63,832 bases of DNA from a virus (Duplodnaviria; Caudoviricetes), in IMG/VR virus record IMGVR_UViG_3300050150_000093, positions 1 through 63,832 of that record. One strand, written 5' to 3'. Below the pieces are notes generated by a model. That model did no database searches, was not told where the DNA came from, and saw only the letters and a list, made by a program, of their open reading frames with translations. A program made the position numbers and the translations under genes. Position 1 is the stretch's first letter; each line of letters starts with the position of its first letter. Shown here piece by piece: positions 55,436 through 63,832 of this stretch.

Positions 55436-56542
55436 GTGCCTCTTAAGAACGATACCTTGGTGAGTGAAGACATCATCCCTGCTGACACAAGTAATGACGC
55501 GAATGGTAAAGGTTCGCAAGTTCCTAGCCCAGTAGATACCGGTGATGCTCATGCAAACCGTGGAGCAGATAAGACAGACGAAACTGATGCAGCTATTGCT
55601 GACGTACGTGGTACAGATGTATCTCGTGCATCAATGATTGTAGCAATCATTCAGCAGCTAGTTGGCCTCGATGGCACTGATCTGAGCCAGATCTACACTA
55701 GTACATCACTAACGCAAGATGTAACAGCACCTGGTGCTGCAGCAGCCCCAATTGGTGCAAACCAATCAGGAAACCTAGCATCTATTGCAACCAAAGAAGA
55801 AATTGAAGACCTATTCGCTGGTCACGATCTTTCAGAAGAGTTTAAGGAAAAGGCATTAACCCTTTTCAACGCTGCTCTGTTCGCTCGCCTAACAGGTGAA
55901 AAAGAAGTCATCAAAGAAGAAGCGCAAGCACAAATCGATGAAACAGTAAACTCTGTTACTGATAAGTTGGTTGGTGAAATTGATCGCTACATGACCTTTG
56001 CTGCTGAATCAGTAATGACAGAAACAAAGGCGAACCTAGAAACAGTAACTCGCAACGAAAAAGCAGAAGGTTTTATTACCACTGTAATGGGTCTTGCGGA
56101 ACAATATAAAATTGATTCGGATGCTGAAGTATCTTCGAAAGTGGCTGAGTTAGAAGCTCAACTAGCTGAAGCTGCAACAAAGCTGAATGAAGCTATAGAA
56201 CGTGAAGTGACGCTTAACGAAGACCTTAAAGCTTTCCGCAAGTCGGAAGTTTTCAACGAGGTATCGGGTTCACTAACTGCTATACAGCGTGGCAAGTTCA
56301 AGACTCTCTCTGAGGGTATTGAATACGACACGCCAGAGAACTACCGTACTCGTCTGAACGTAATTAAGGAATCTGTAGTTGAAGCTGCAAAGCGCACAAC
56401 AACTCCACCTACCCCTGCACTCGATATCGTGAGTGAATCGGTCGATGGTGTTCCTGCAATAACTGACGATGTACACGTTAAGACAGTATCCAAGGACCCA
56501 CTAATGGCTGGTGTCATTGGCGTTCTGTCGAGACAAAAGTAA
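55436..56542 (+). CDS. 22: Prohead core scaffold gp22
   Basis: LSEEFKEKA-T-F-AA; acidic coiled coil; position between 21 and 23. Confidence 0.92.
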   Translation: MPLKNDTLVSEDIIPADTSNDANGKGSQVPSPVDTGDAHANRGADKTDETDAAIADVRGTDVSRASMIVAIIQQLVGLDGTDLSQIYTSTSLTQDVTAPGAAAAPIGANQSGNLASIATKEEIEDLFAGHDLSEEFKEKALTLFNAALFARLTGEKEVIKEEAQAQIDETVNSVTDKLVGEIDRYMTFAAESVMTETKANLETVTRNEKAEGFITTVMGLAEQYKIDSDAEVSSKVAELEAQLAEAATKLNEAIEREVTLNEDLKAFRKSEVFNEVSGSLTAIQRGKFKTLSEGIEYDTPENYRTRLNVIKESVVEAAKRTTTPPTPALDIVSESVDGVPAITDDVHVKTVSKDPLMAGVIGVLSRQK

Positions 56543-56604
56543 ACCCAACACCGAAAACACCGAATTGCTATATAAAAGAGAGCCAAGAGGCAAAGGAGAT
56601 ACAA

Positions 56605-57918
56605 ATGTTACTAGTTGAAGATCTAGTTAATAAGTGGGGCGACGTGCTAGACTATCAAGCACCTGGCCTCGAAACAATCAAGGATAACTACAAGCGTCAC
56701 GTAACGGCGCAGTTGCTTGAGAACACCGTGTCAGACGTTGAGACCCACTCACGTTATCAGAACACCGGTTTGATCTCTGAAGCTGCTCCAACCAACCATA
56801 CCGGTTCGTCAATTCAGAACTTCGACCCAGTGCTAGTTGCACTAGTTCGTCGTGCGATGCCAAACCTTATTGCGTACGACATCTGCGGCGTTCAGCCAAT
56901 GACAGGACCAACTGGTCTTATCTTCGCAATGCGTTCACGCTACACCAGCCAAACTGGCACTGAAGCATTCTACGGTGAAGCCAACACTGGTTTCTCAACT
57001 GTAGTTGCTGGTAACACCACTCCAGGTCAAGCTGCAAACAACGTAGGTACCGTTCCAACTGGTAACTCGTCAACGTACAACTACGGTGGTGGTATGTCAA
57101 CCATCCAAGCAGAAGCACTAGGTACATCAGGTAACACTGCATGGCCAGAAATGGGCTTCAGCATTGAGAAGGTTACCGTTACTGCTCAGAGCCGTGCATT
57201 GAAGGCTGAATACAGCATTGAACTTGCACAAGACTTGAAGGCAATCCACGGTCTTGACGCTGAGTCAGAACTAGCATCGATCCTATCGACTGAAGTTCTA
57301 GCTGAAATCAACCGTGAAGTTGTTCGTACAATCTACTTGACAGCTGTTGCTGGTGCGCAAGACAACACTGCTACTGCAGGTACTTTCGACCTAGACGTTG
57401 ACTCAAACGGTCGTTGGTTGGTTGAAAAGTTCAAGGGTCTAATGTACCAACTAGAACGCGACGCTAACCAAATCTCGAAGGACACCCGTCGTGGTAAGGG
57501 TAACATCCTAGTCTGTTCTTCTGATGTTGCATCAGCTCTACAGATGGCAGGTGTTCTAGACTACACACCAGCACTTCAAGCAAACCAAATGAACATCGAC
57601 GACACAGGTAACACCTTCGTTGGTATTCTAAACGGCCGCTTCCGCGTTTACATCGATCCTTATTCGACTTCACAGTACTACGTGATGGGTTATAAGGGCG
57701 TGAATCCAATGGACGCTGGTTTGTTCTACTGCCCATACGTACCACTACAAATGGTTCGTGCAGTTGATCCTAACTCGTTCCAACCAAAGATTGGTTTCAA
57801 GACTCGTTACGGAATGGTTGCAAACCCATACGCAGAAGGTCTAACCGCTGGTCTTGGTGCAATTACTCAAAACAGCAACAAGTACTATCGTCGGGTTTCT
57901 ATCTCGAACCTAATGTAA
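56605..57918 (+). CDS. 23: Major capsid protein gp23
   Basis: DPVL-LVRRAMPNLIAYDICGVQPMTGPTGLIFAMR; ELAQDLKAIHGLDAE; FQPKIGFKTRYG. Confidence 0.98.
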   Translation: MLLVEDLVNKWGDVLDYQAPGLETIKDNYKRHVTAQLLENTVSDVETHSRYQNTGLISEAAPTNHTGSSIQNFDPVLVALVRRAMPNLIAYDICGVQPMTGPTGLIFAMRSRYTSQTGTEAFYGEANTGFSTVVAGNTTPGQAANNVGTVPTGNSSTYNYGGGMSTIQAEALGTSGNTAWPEMGFSIEKVTVTAQSRALKAEYSIELAQDLKAIHGLDAESELASILSTEVLAEINREVVRTIYLTAVAGAQDNTATAGTFDLDVDSNGRWLVEKFKGLMYQLERDANQISKDTRRGKGNILVCSSDVASALQMAGVLDYTPALQANQMNIDDTGNTFVGILNGRFRVYIDPYSTSQYYVMGYKGVNPMDAGLFYCPYVPLQMVRAVDPNSFQPKIGFKTRYGMVANPYAEGLTAGLGAITQNSNKYYRRVSISNLM

Positions 57919-57950
57919 GCCTTGAATATAACAAGACTACAAAACAAACT

Positions 57951-57978
57951 AGAGGGGCTCCCAAGCCCCTCTTTTTTT
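57951..57978 (+). terminator. Intrinsic terminator after gp23
   Basis: AGAGGGGCT-CCCA-AGCCCCTCTTTTTTT. Confidence 0.92.
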
Positions 57979-58082
57979 GTCTGTATATTCAAGCAGTTAC
58001 AGTGAGTAAAATAGTAGTTTTGCGCATTCGTGTAATCTGATGCATTTGACTACTTTTCTATGAAACAACGCAAGACCAGATG

Positions 58083-58111
58083 TTGACTAACCGCCATAAA
58101 TATCAGATAAT
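58083..58111 (+). promoter_or_regulatory. Nested early and late promoter
   Basis: tgTTGACT-17nt-GATAAT with CATAAATA (58095-58102) inside the spacer. Confidence 0.7.
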
Positions 58112-58131
58112 AGCAAACTAGGAATATTCAA

Positions 58132-58587
58132 ATGACTACTTGTGTTTTTAACCCAGCACTTCAGAATGCTGCTAAGATAAAGTTCGCTAAATTTCCAGAA
58201 GTAGAGTTTGCGGTACAGTCTTTTAACTTCCCTGGTGTCAACGGTCTATATCCTAAACAACCATTTCAAACGCAAACTATACACATGGGTCCAACGGGGA
58301 TCGAATACAATCCTCTAGTGGTGAACTTCATAGTAGATTCTGGAATGGAAAACTATATGTCCATCGTGAAGTGGATTCAACAATCAATCACGATGGAACA
58401 CAGAGAAATATTCTCAGACGCATCTGTTGTGTTTTTGAATGCTTTAAAACAACCAACTGTTACAGCAACGATCAGAGATGTAATGCCTGTAGCGATAGAT
58501 GATTTACAATACCAAATAGCTACTACTGATCCAACGCCAATTATGGCAACAGCCACATTTGCATACACCAATTACAAATTTGAGTAA
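58132..58587 (+). CDS. 3: Tail tube terminator gp3
   Basis: P-VEF-Q-N-PG...Y-L-V-F-VD-M-NY-I-W...SDA. Confidence 0.88.
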   Translation: MTTCVFNPALQNAAKIKFAKFPEVEFAVQSFNFPGVNGLYPKQPFQTQTIHMGPTGIEYNPLVVNFIVDSGMENYMSIVKWIQQSITMEHREIFSDASVVFLNALKQPTVTATIRDVMPVAIDDLQYQIATTDPTPIMATATFAYTNYKFE

Positions 58588-58590
58588 AGA

Positions 58591-59034
58591 ATGAGTTATA
58601 CAACAGAGAGCATCTTAGAAGAGTGGAAGTCGGATGCTAAAATAGATCGTATCCAACTTGGAGATGCGGCCTTAAGAACAGGTGAACTACACTCTAAGTA
58701 TATGATGATCTTCTATGAAGAACGCCTTAAGTTAATGCGCTTGATGGATAAGCAGAAGAAACTAAAGAAGCTTCGTTTTGAATACTGGGATGGTAAGCTA
58801 TCTAAAGAAGAGTTGGATTTCAACAAGTGGGATCCCCAGCCCCTTAAAATACTAAAACAAGACCTACCAATGTATTTGGACGCTGATGAAGTAATGTCAG
58901 AAGTTAACTTACGGGTAGGAGTACAAACTGAAAAAGTAAACATTCTCGAGAGTATCATTAAGTATATTGACCAGCGGATGGGTTTCGCTATCAAGACTTC
59001 TGTGGACTGGGAGAAGTTCCAAGCAGGTGGATAA
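58591..59034 (+). CDS. uvsY: Recombination mediator UvsY
   Basis: W-D-ID...LHSKY...EY-G...YLDAD...IK-W-KF-AG. Confidence 0.92.
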   Translation: MSYTTESILEEWKSDAKIDRIQLGDAALRTGELHSKYMMIFYEERLKLMRLMDKQKKLKKLRFEYWDGKLSKEELDFNKWDPQPLKILKQDLPMYLDADEVMSEVNLRVGVQTEKVNILESIIKYIDQRMGFAIKTSVDWEKFQAGG

Positions 59035-60482
59035 TGTCTTATTCCGAAACCATTACTGTAACACAACCTGATAATGTATTTATTAAGATCCATTGTTCTC
59101 AGGGTGTAGCTCAAGAAGTAGCTGAGCGATTCTCATTTATAGCACCTCATGCTAAACATGATAAACGATTTCGTCAGAAGATATGGGACGGTAAGATTCG
59201 TCTCTTTAACCTACGAACGAGATTAATGCATGCTGGGTTGTATGAACTAGTTGAAGAGTTTGCTTCCAAGTTTGGATACGAACTTGTTGACGAACGACAG
59301 CTGAAGAAGCAAGTTGTTCCAACTCCCGAACAACTTGCAATGTTCTTGAAGGCAGTAAAGCTACCAGAACATATTGTACCACATGATTATCAAATGACTG
59401 GTCTTTCGTTGGCAGCTGAATTGCGGAGAGCTCTATTATTGAGTCCAACGAGTTCTGGTAAAAGCTTAATGATCTATTTGATATGCCGTTGGTTCAACAA
59501 ACGAACTCTTGTCGTTGTTCCTACCACAACCCTCGTTAAACAGTTAGCTACCGATTTTGCTGATTATGGCTACGGTGAACCTGTAAGCCAGATTCTAGCT
59601 GGTGCTTCGAAAGAACAACTAAACTTGTTCACAGTCAGTACGTGGCAGTCAATTTATTCAATGCCTGCAGAATGGTTACAACAGTTTGATGTTATCATTG
59701 GTGACGAAGCTCACGGATTCAAAGCTAACTCTCTAAAGCAGATAATGGAAAACGCAAGAGCTGAGGTTAGAATTGGTACCACAGGATCTTTAGATGACAT
59801 GAAGGTTAACGAGCTAACTCTTCAAGGCTTGTTTGGTAAGATCCATAGGTTAGCAACAACTAAAGAGTTGATGGATCGAGGGTTAATTGCTAACCTAAAC
59901 ATACGATCGTATGAATTAGTTTATCCTGAAGAAACATGCAAGTTGTTTCGTAAGCATAAACCGGAATACCCAGACGAAATCAACTTCCTATATGAACATG
60001 AAAAAAGAAGTCGATTCATTGTTGGGTTGACTAACCGCTTAAAGGGAAACCGACTAGTACTCTTTAAGGGAATCAATCACGGTAAGTTTTTGTTTGAAGA
60101 GCTCCGTAAAACTAATCAAACAGTTCATCTTGTGTACGGAGAAATTGATACCGATGTAAGAGATGAAATTAGAGCGTTGACTGAGAAGAGTAAAGATAGT
60201 ATAATAGTTGCATCTTACAGAACATTCGGTACAGGAATCAATATTCGAAACCTCCACCATGTAATTTTAGCTGCACCGATTAAGTCTAAGATATTATTGA
60301 TACAATCTATTGGTAGATCGTTACGATTGGGTTCTGAAAAAACAGAAGCCTTAGTTCATGATATTGGCGATAACATTACAATCGGCAAGTATCAGAACCA
60401 CACCTATAGACATTTTATTGGTCGAATTGAATTATATGCTAAGGAAAGCTTTCCTTACAAATTGTTTAGGATTGATTTGTGA
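59034..60482 (+). CDS. uvsW: SF2 helicase UvsW
   Basis: WDGKIRLF; SPTSSGKS; DEAH; QSIGRSLR. Confidence 0.96.
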   Translation: MSYSETITVTQPDNVFIKIHCSQGVAQEVAERFSFIAPHAKHDKRFRQKIWDGKIRLFNLRTRLMHAGLYELVEEFASKFGYELVDERQLKKQVVPTPEQLAMFLKAVKLPEHIVPHDYQMTGLSLAAELRRALLLSPTSSGKSLMIYLICRWFNKRTLVVVPTTTLVKQLATDFADYGYGEPVSQILAGASKEQLNLFTVSTWQSIYSMPAEWLQQFDVIIGDEAHGFKANSLKQIMENARAEVRIGTTGSLDDMKVNELTLQGLFGKIHRLATTKELMDRGLIANLNIRSYELVYPEETCKLFRKHKPEYPDEINFLYEHEKRSRFIVGLTNRLKGNRLVLFKGINHGKFLFEELRKTNQTVHLVYGEIDTDVRDEIRALTEKSKDSIIVASYRTFGTGINIRNLHHVILAAPIKSKILLIQSIGRSLRLGSEKTEALVHDIGDNITIGKYQNHTYRHFIGRIELYAKESFPYKLFRIDL

Positions 60483-60817
60483 TTTTTTATGTCCGTCTAA
60501 TATCCGGAGTTGAAATGGTAGGCGAAAAGGTTCAGGAGGATTCTAACTTCCTGACCCTTAAACGACCTCACACTATTCATGTCAAAGAAGACATGAATAC
60601 CTTCATGCTTCTACCATATTGTTTAGGTACAACCTATCCAGTAGTAAACAAAAAGTACATTCTTCAATTTGGCGAAGCTCACAGTTCGTTCGCATCAGTG
60701 TATTCTGGAATGATGCAACGTTCGTCAGGAACATACGAAACGGACATTTCAGATGATTTTGAAGATTCCGACGAAGAACTTAAACAAGTGAGCAATTCTC
60801 AACCCACTTTCCATTAA
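60479..60817 (+). CDS. Sm-like hypothetical protein with acidic tail
   Basis: VRLISG-E-VG N-terminus; usual position between uvsW and gp55. Confidence 0.7.
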   Translation: MIFYVRLISGVEMVGEKVQEDSNFLTLKRPHTIHVKEDMNTFMLLPYCLGTTYPVVNKKYILQFGEAHSSFASVYSGMMQRSSGTYETDISDDFEDSDEELKQVSNSQPTFH

Positions 60818-60846
60818 TCTAATATAACTTGTCGGGGACAGCGGTC

Positions 60847-60874
60847 ATTATCAACAAGTTTTAAAAAGCGTCAA
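60847..60874 (-). promoter_or_regulatory. Antisense-oriented sigma70-type promoter
   Basis: Minus strand tgTTGACG-16nt-GATAAT. Confidence 0.5.
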
Positions 60875-60890
60875 CACTTAATTGAAAAAT

Positions 60891-61415
60891 ATGAAACAAA
60901 AAAAGTATTACGTCAGCAATAAAGACTTATACGTTGCGATGTGTGATTATCACAAAAAGGTTAAAGAAGCCAAAGAAAACGGGACGTTAAAGCCTAGAGT
61001 CCCTGAGTATATTGGCCAATGTATTATGCTTATTGGTAAGCGCCTCTCCACCAAGCCAAACTTCGGAAGGTATTCATATACTGAAGAATTGGTTGGGGAT
61101 GGTGTTCTTGCTTGCATACGTTACATCGACAATTTCAATCCAGAAAAGTCTACCAATCCGTTTGCATATTTCACGCAAATTATGGTTCACGCATTTGTGG
61201 GCCGTTTAAATGGTGAACAAAAGCAAGCGTACGTTAAAGCACGTCTAATGAAGGATGTGACTGAAACAGCTAGCGACTTTGGAGTTGACAATATGGATAG
61301 CGAGTCGACTGACAGTGATCCAGTTAATAACGTAATCGAAGCATTTGAACGTCGTATGACAGACCGTAAAGCTAAGGCAGCTAAAAACAAAGATGCAAAT
61401 TCCGCAAATAAATAG
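60891..61415 (+). CDS. 55: Late sigma factor gp55
   Basis: YV-NK; P-YIGQC-I-LS-KPNF-Y-Y; NFNPEKS-NPFAYFTQI. Confidence 0.96.
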   Translation: MKQKKYYVSNKDLYVAMCDYHKKVKEAKENGTLKPRVPEYIGQCIMLIGKRLSTKPNFGRYSYTEELVGDGVLACIRYIDNFNPEKSTNPFAYFTQIMVHAFVGRLNGEQKQAYVKARLMKDVTETASDFGVDNMDSESTDSDPVNNVIEAFERRMTDRKAKAAKNKDANSANK

Positions 61416-62490
61416 ACCACACGAGAAGGTAATCTTCTTAGGTGATACACACATTGGAGCTCGTGGTGATAGTCAGCTATTTCACGATCGCTTTGAACTC
61501 TTTTATGAGTACATGTTTGAGTACATGAAGCAAAACGGAATCAAAACGGTTGTCCAATTTGGTGATCTATTTGATAGACGGAAGTACGTTAACTTCGCAT
61601 CACTAAAGCGAGCTAGAGATTATTTCTTTGATAAGATTGAAGCTAATGGTCTGAACATGATAACGTTTTTGGGCAATCACGATATTGCTTACAGAAACAC
61701 GTTAGAAGTTAATAGTCCGTCGTTGCTTCTTAAAGACTATAAAGACATAACGGTTGTATCAGAACCAACCGAACTCAAGGTAGGTAACGTTAACCTGCTT
61801 ATGATTCCGTGGATGTGTCCAGATAATTACGAACACGCGATTAAGGTAATCGAGCAAACTAAATCAACATACTGCTTAGGACACTTCGAACTGAATGGTT
61901 TTGAAATGTATCGAGGAGCGCCATGTGATCACGGTCTAGCTTCTGATATCTTTTCTAAGTTCCACCATGTGTGGTCTGGCCACTTTCACCATGTATCCAC
62001 TAAGGGCAACATCACCTATATTGGTTCACCTTATCAATTGACGTGGCAAGACTACGGAGACGAGCGAGGATTCTTCGTTTTTGATCCATCGTCCCAAAAT
62101 GTAGAATTTATCAAAAATCCATTTGATATGTTCTTCAAAATGAACTATAATGACAAGGACGGAAAATTTAAAATAGCTGACCTTCTGAAAAAAGACTTCT
62201 CTGTTTACGAGAAGACTTACGTGAAGGTTGTAGTTGTTGAGAAAACCGATCTCTATCTTTTTGACAAATATATTGAAGCGCTAGAACAAGCGGGCGCGAT
62301 TGTTACGACTGTTGAAGATCACAAGTACCGTGATCTTGAAACCGACGAAGAAATATTCGAAGGAGCTGAAAAGATCAGCGACACCATGAAGCGTGTTGCT
62401 AAGGTCTATAAAGACACAGTCGATGAAAAAGAGTTGTTTAACCTACTAATGGACCTCTACAACGAGGCGATTAACGTACAGTCTGAATAA
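61393..62490 (+). CDS. 47: Recombination endonuclease gp47 (Mre11/SbcD-like)
   Basis: DTHIGAR; GDLFDRRK; GNHD; GHFE; SGHFH. Confidence 0.96.
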   Translation: MQIPQINRPHEKVIFLGDTHIGARGDSQLFHDRFELFYEYMFEYMKQNGIKTVVQFGDLFDRRKYVNFASLKRARDYFFDKIEANGLNMITFLGNHDIAYRNTLEVNSPSLLLKDYKDITVVSEPTELKVGNVNLLMIPWMCPDNYEHAIKVIEQTKSTYCLGHFELNGFEMYRGAPCDHGLASDIFSKFHHVWSGHFHHVSTKGNITYIGSPYQLTWQDYGDERGFFVFDPSSQNVEFIKNPFDMFFKMNYNDKDGKFKIADLLKKDFSVYEKTYVKVVVVEKTDLYLFDKYIEALEQAGAIVTTVEDHKYRDLETDEEIFEGAEKISDTMKRVAKVYKDTVDEKELFNLLMDLYNEAINVQSE

Positions 62491-63832
62491 GTGATTAAAT
62501 TTACACGAGTAGAGTACAAGAACCTTCTATCAGTAGGCAATACCCCTATTACGATGGACCTAGATGAGCCTGGCAGTTACTTAATTGTCGGTCGTAATGG
62601 TGTGGGTAAATCTCTGCTAGGCGAAGCAATTACATACGCATTGTATGGGTGGCCTTATCGAAAGATCAAGAAGACACAGTTAGTAAATTCAATCAACAAG
62701 AAGGATATGTTGGTTGTGTTGGACTTCATTGCCAACGGAAAAGTTTACAAGATTCGTAGAGGTATGAAGCCTACGATATTTGAAGTGTTCTGTAATGGTA
62801 AGCTAATAAACCAAGACGCAGAAAATAAAGACTACCAGAAGGAGCTCGAAGAAAAGATTCTTCGAATGAATTACGAGTCGTTTAAGCAGATCGTTCTGTT
62901 GTCAAAGACTTCGTACAAGCCGTTCATGGAGCTTAAAGCTAATGAACGCCGAGATGTGATTGAGAAACTGCTTGACATCCAAGTATTCACTGGTATGGCA
63001 ACAGTCTTAAAGAAGCGACGTGAAGAAGCTTCGAAAGAATTGGATCGTGTTGAGACAATAATTCTAACCACAACTGATACCGTCAAACGCATTAGAGCTA
63101 ACGTAGCTCGGTTTGTTCAAAACACCGAAGAGCTAGTTTCATCAAAGCAACTGCACATTAAGACGTTGATGTCTGAAGCGTCTAGTGCAAATGATAAACT
63201 CAAAGTAATCAGAGAGCAAATTGAATCGATTCAAGAAACGTACGAAGGCGCGACAAGAACTACTAGACTAAAGCGCGACAAGGCAGTTCAACTTAGAAGT
63301 AAAGTAACTGATAGACATCGCTCCATTACTAGGGAGTTGGAGTTCTTTGAGCATACAAACAACTGTCCTACTTGTGATCAAAAGATTGATAGTAAGTATA
63401 GAGACGACTCAATTCAAGGAAGACGTGATACCCTTGTTGATCTGGAAGGTGCTTTAGAACAACTCGATCAACGCCTTCAATTGATCGTAGCTGACGAACA
63501 GAAGGCTTCTGTATTGGGCTCTGAGTTGTCTAAGTTGCAGACAACTTCAATTGAGTTACGTTCAACTATTCGTCATACAAAAACTACTGTAGAGTCTTTA
63601 GTTCGTGAACTCGATCAGTTGAAGTCTCAGCAAAGCCAATACTCTGAACATGAAGGCGAGATAACAGAACTAGAAAACGTCTTACGTGATAAGATTAAAG
63701 GCAAGAAGAAGTTGCTCAAGCAATTGGATCTGTATAAGGTTGGGACATTGCTTCTGAAAGATTCTGGTATTAAGGCTCAAATTATTAAGCAGTACGTTCC
63801 TGTTATCAATAAATTCATCGCTAAGTATTTGG
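62491..63832 (+). CDS. 46: Recombination ATPase gp46 (Rad50/SbcC-like), 3'-partial
   Basis: GTG start; KNLLSVGN...GRNGVGKS Walker A; CPTCDQ zinc hook; LLKDSGIK. Confidence 0.95.
   Translation, partial: MIKFTRVEYKNLLSVGNTPITMDLDEPGSYLIVGRNGVGKSLLGEAITYALYGWPYRKIKKTQLVNSINKKDMLVVLDFIANGKVYKIRRGMKPTIFEVFCNGKLINQDAENKDYQKELEEKILRMNYESFKQIVLLSKTSYKPFMELKANERRDVIEKLLDIQVFTGMATVLKKRREEASKELDRVETIILTTTDTVKRIRANVARFVQNTEELVSSKQLHIKTLMSEASSANDKLKVIREQIESIQETYEGATRTTRLKRDKAVQLRSKVTDRHRSITRELEFFEHTNNCPTCDQKIDSKYRDDSIQGRRDTLVDLEGALEQLDQRLQLIVADEQKASVLGSELSKLQTTSIELRSTIRHTKTTVESLVRELDQLKSQQSQYSEHEGEITELENVLRDKIKGKKKLLKQLDLYKVGTLLLKDSGIKAQIIKQYVPVINKFIAKYL

Overview
This window is part of a T4-like myovirus genome (T4 superfamily, with the cyanophage/phiM12-type gene order), probably infecting an alphaproteobacterium (inferred from an RHH_4-type gene and GC-richer early genes). 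Bases 1 to about 11.6 kb are a hypervariable early region: about 45 small + strand ORFs, at least 11 related sigma70-type promoters and two tRNA-like non-coding RNAs. Next come DNA ligase, gp33, gp59 and gp32; a minus-strand block (GH19-bearing tape measure, a membrane protein, gp51, gp26, gp54, gp2, gp4); baseplate and tail-fibre genes; spanins; neck, terminase, tail and head genes (gp13-gp23) with a GIY-YIG homing endonuclease between gp18 and gp19; and gp3, uvsY, uvsW, gp55, gp47 and a partial gp46. The most notable observations are: (1) gp51 has no ATG/GTG/TTG start for its conserved N-terminus and is reached by a -1 shift at a T TTT TTT heptamer at the end of gp26, resembling a lambda G/GT tail-chaperone frameshift; (2) most early promoters sit inside inverted repeats whose arm sequences differ from promoter to promoter; (3) two tandem tRNA-like RNAs lack a normal anticodon arm; (4) an early Zn-finger gene is split by a frameshift. 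Gene names come from motif recall and synteny only; no database searches were run.
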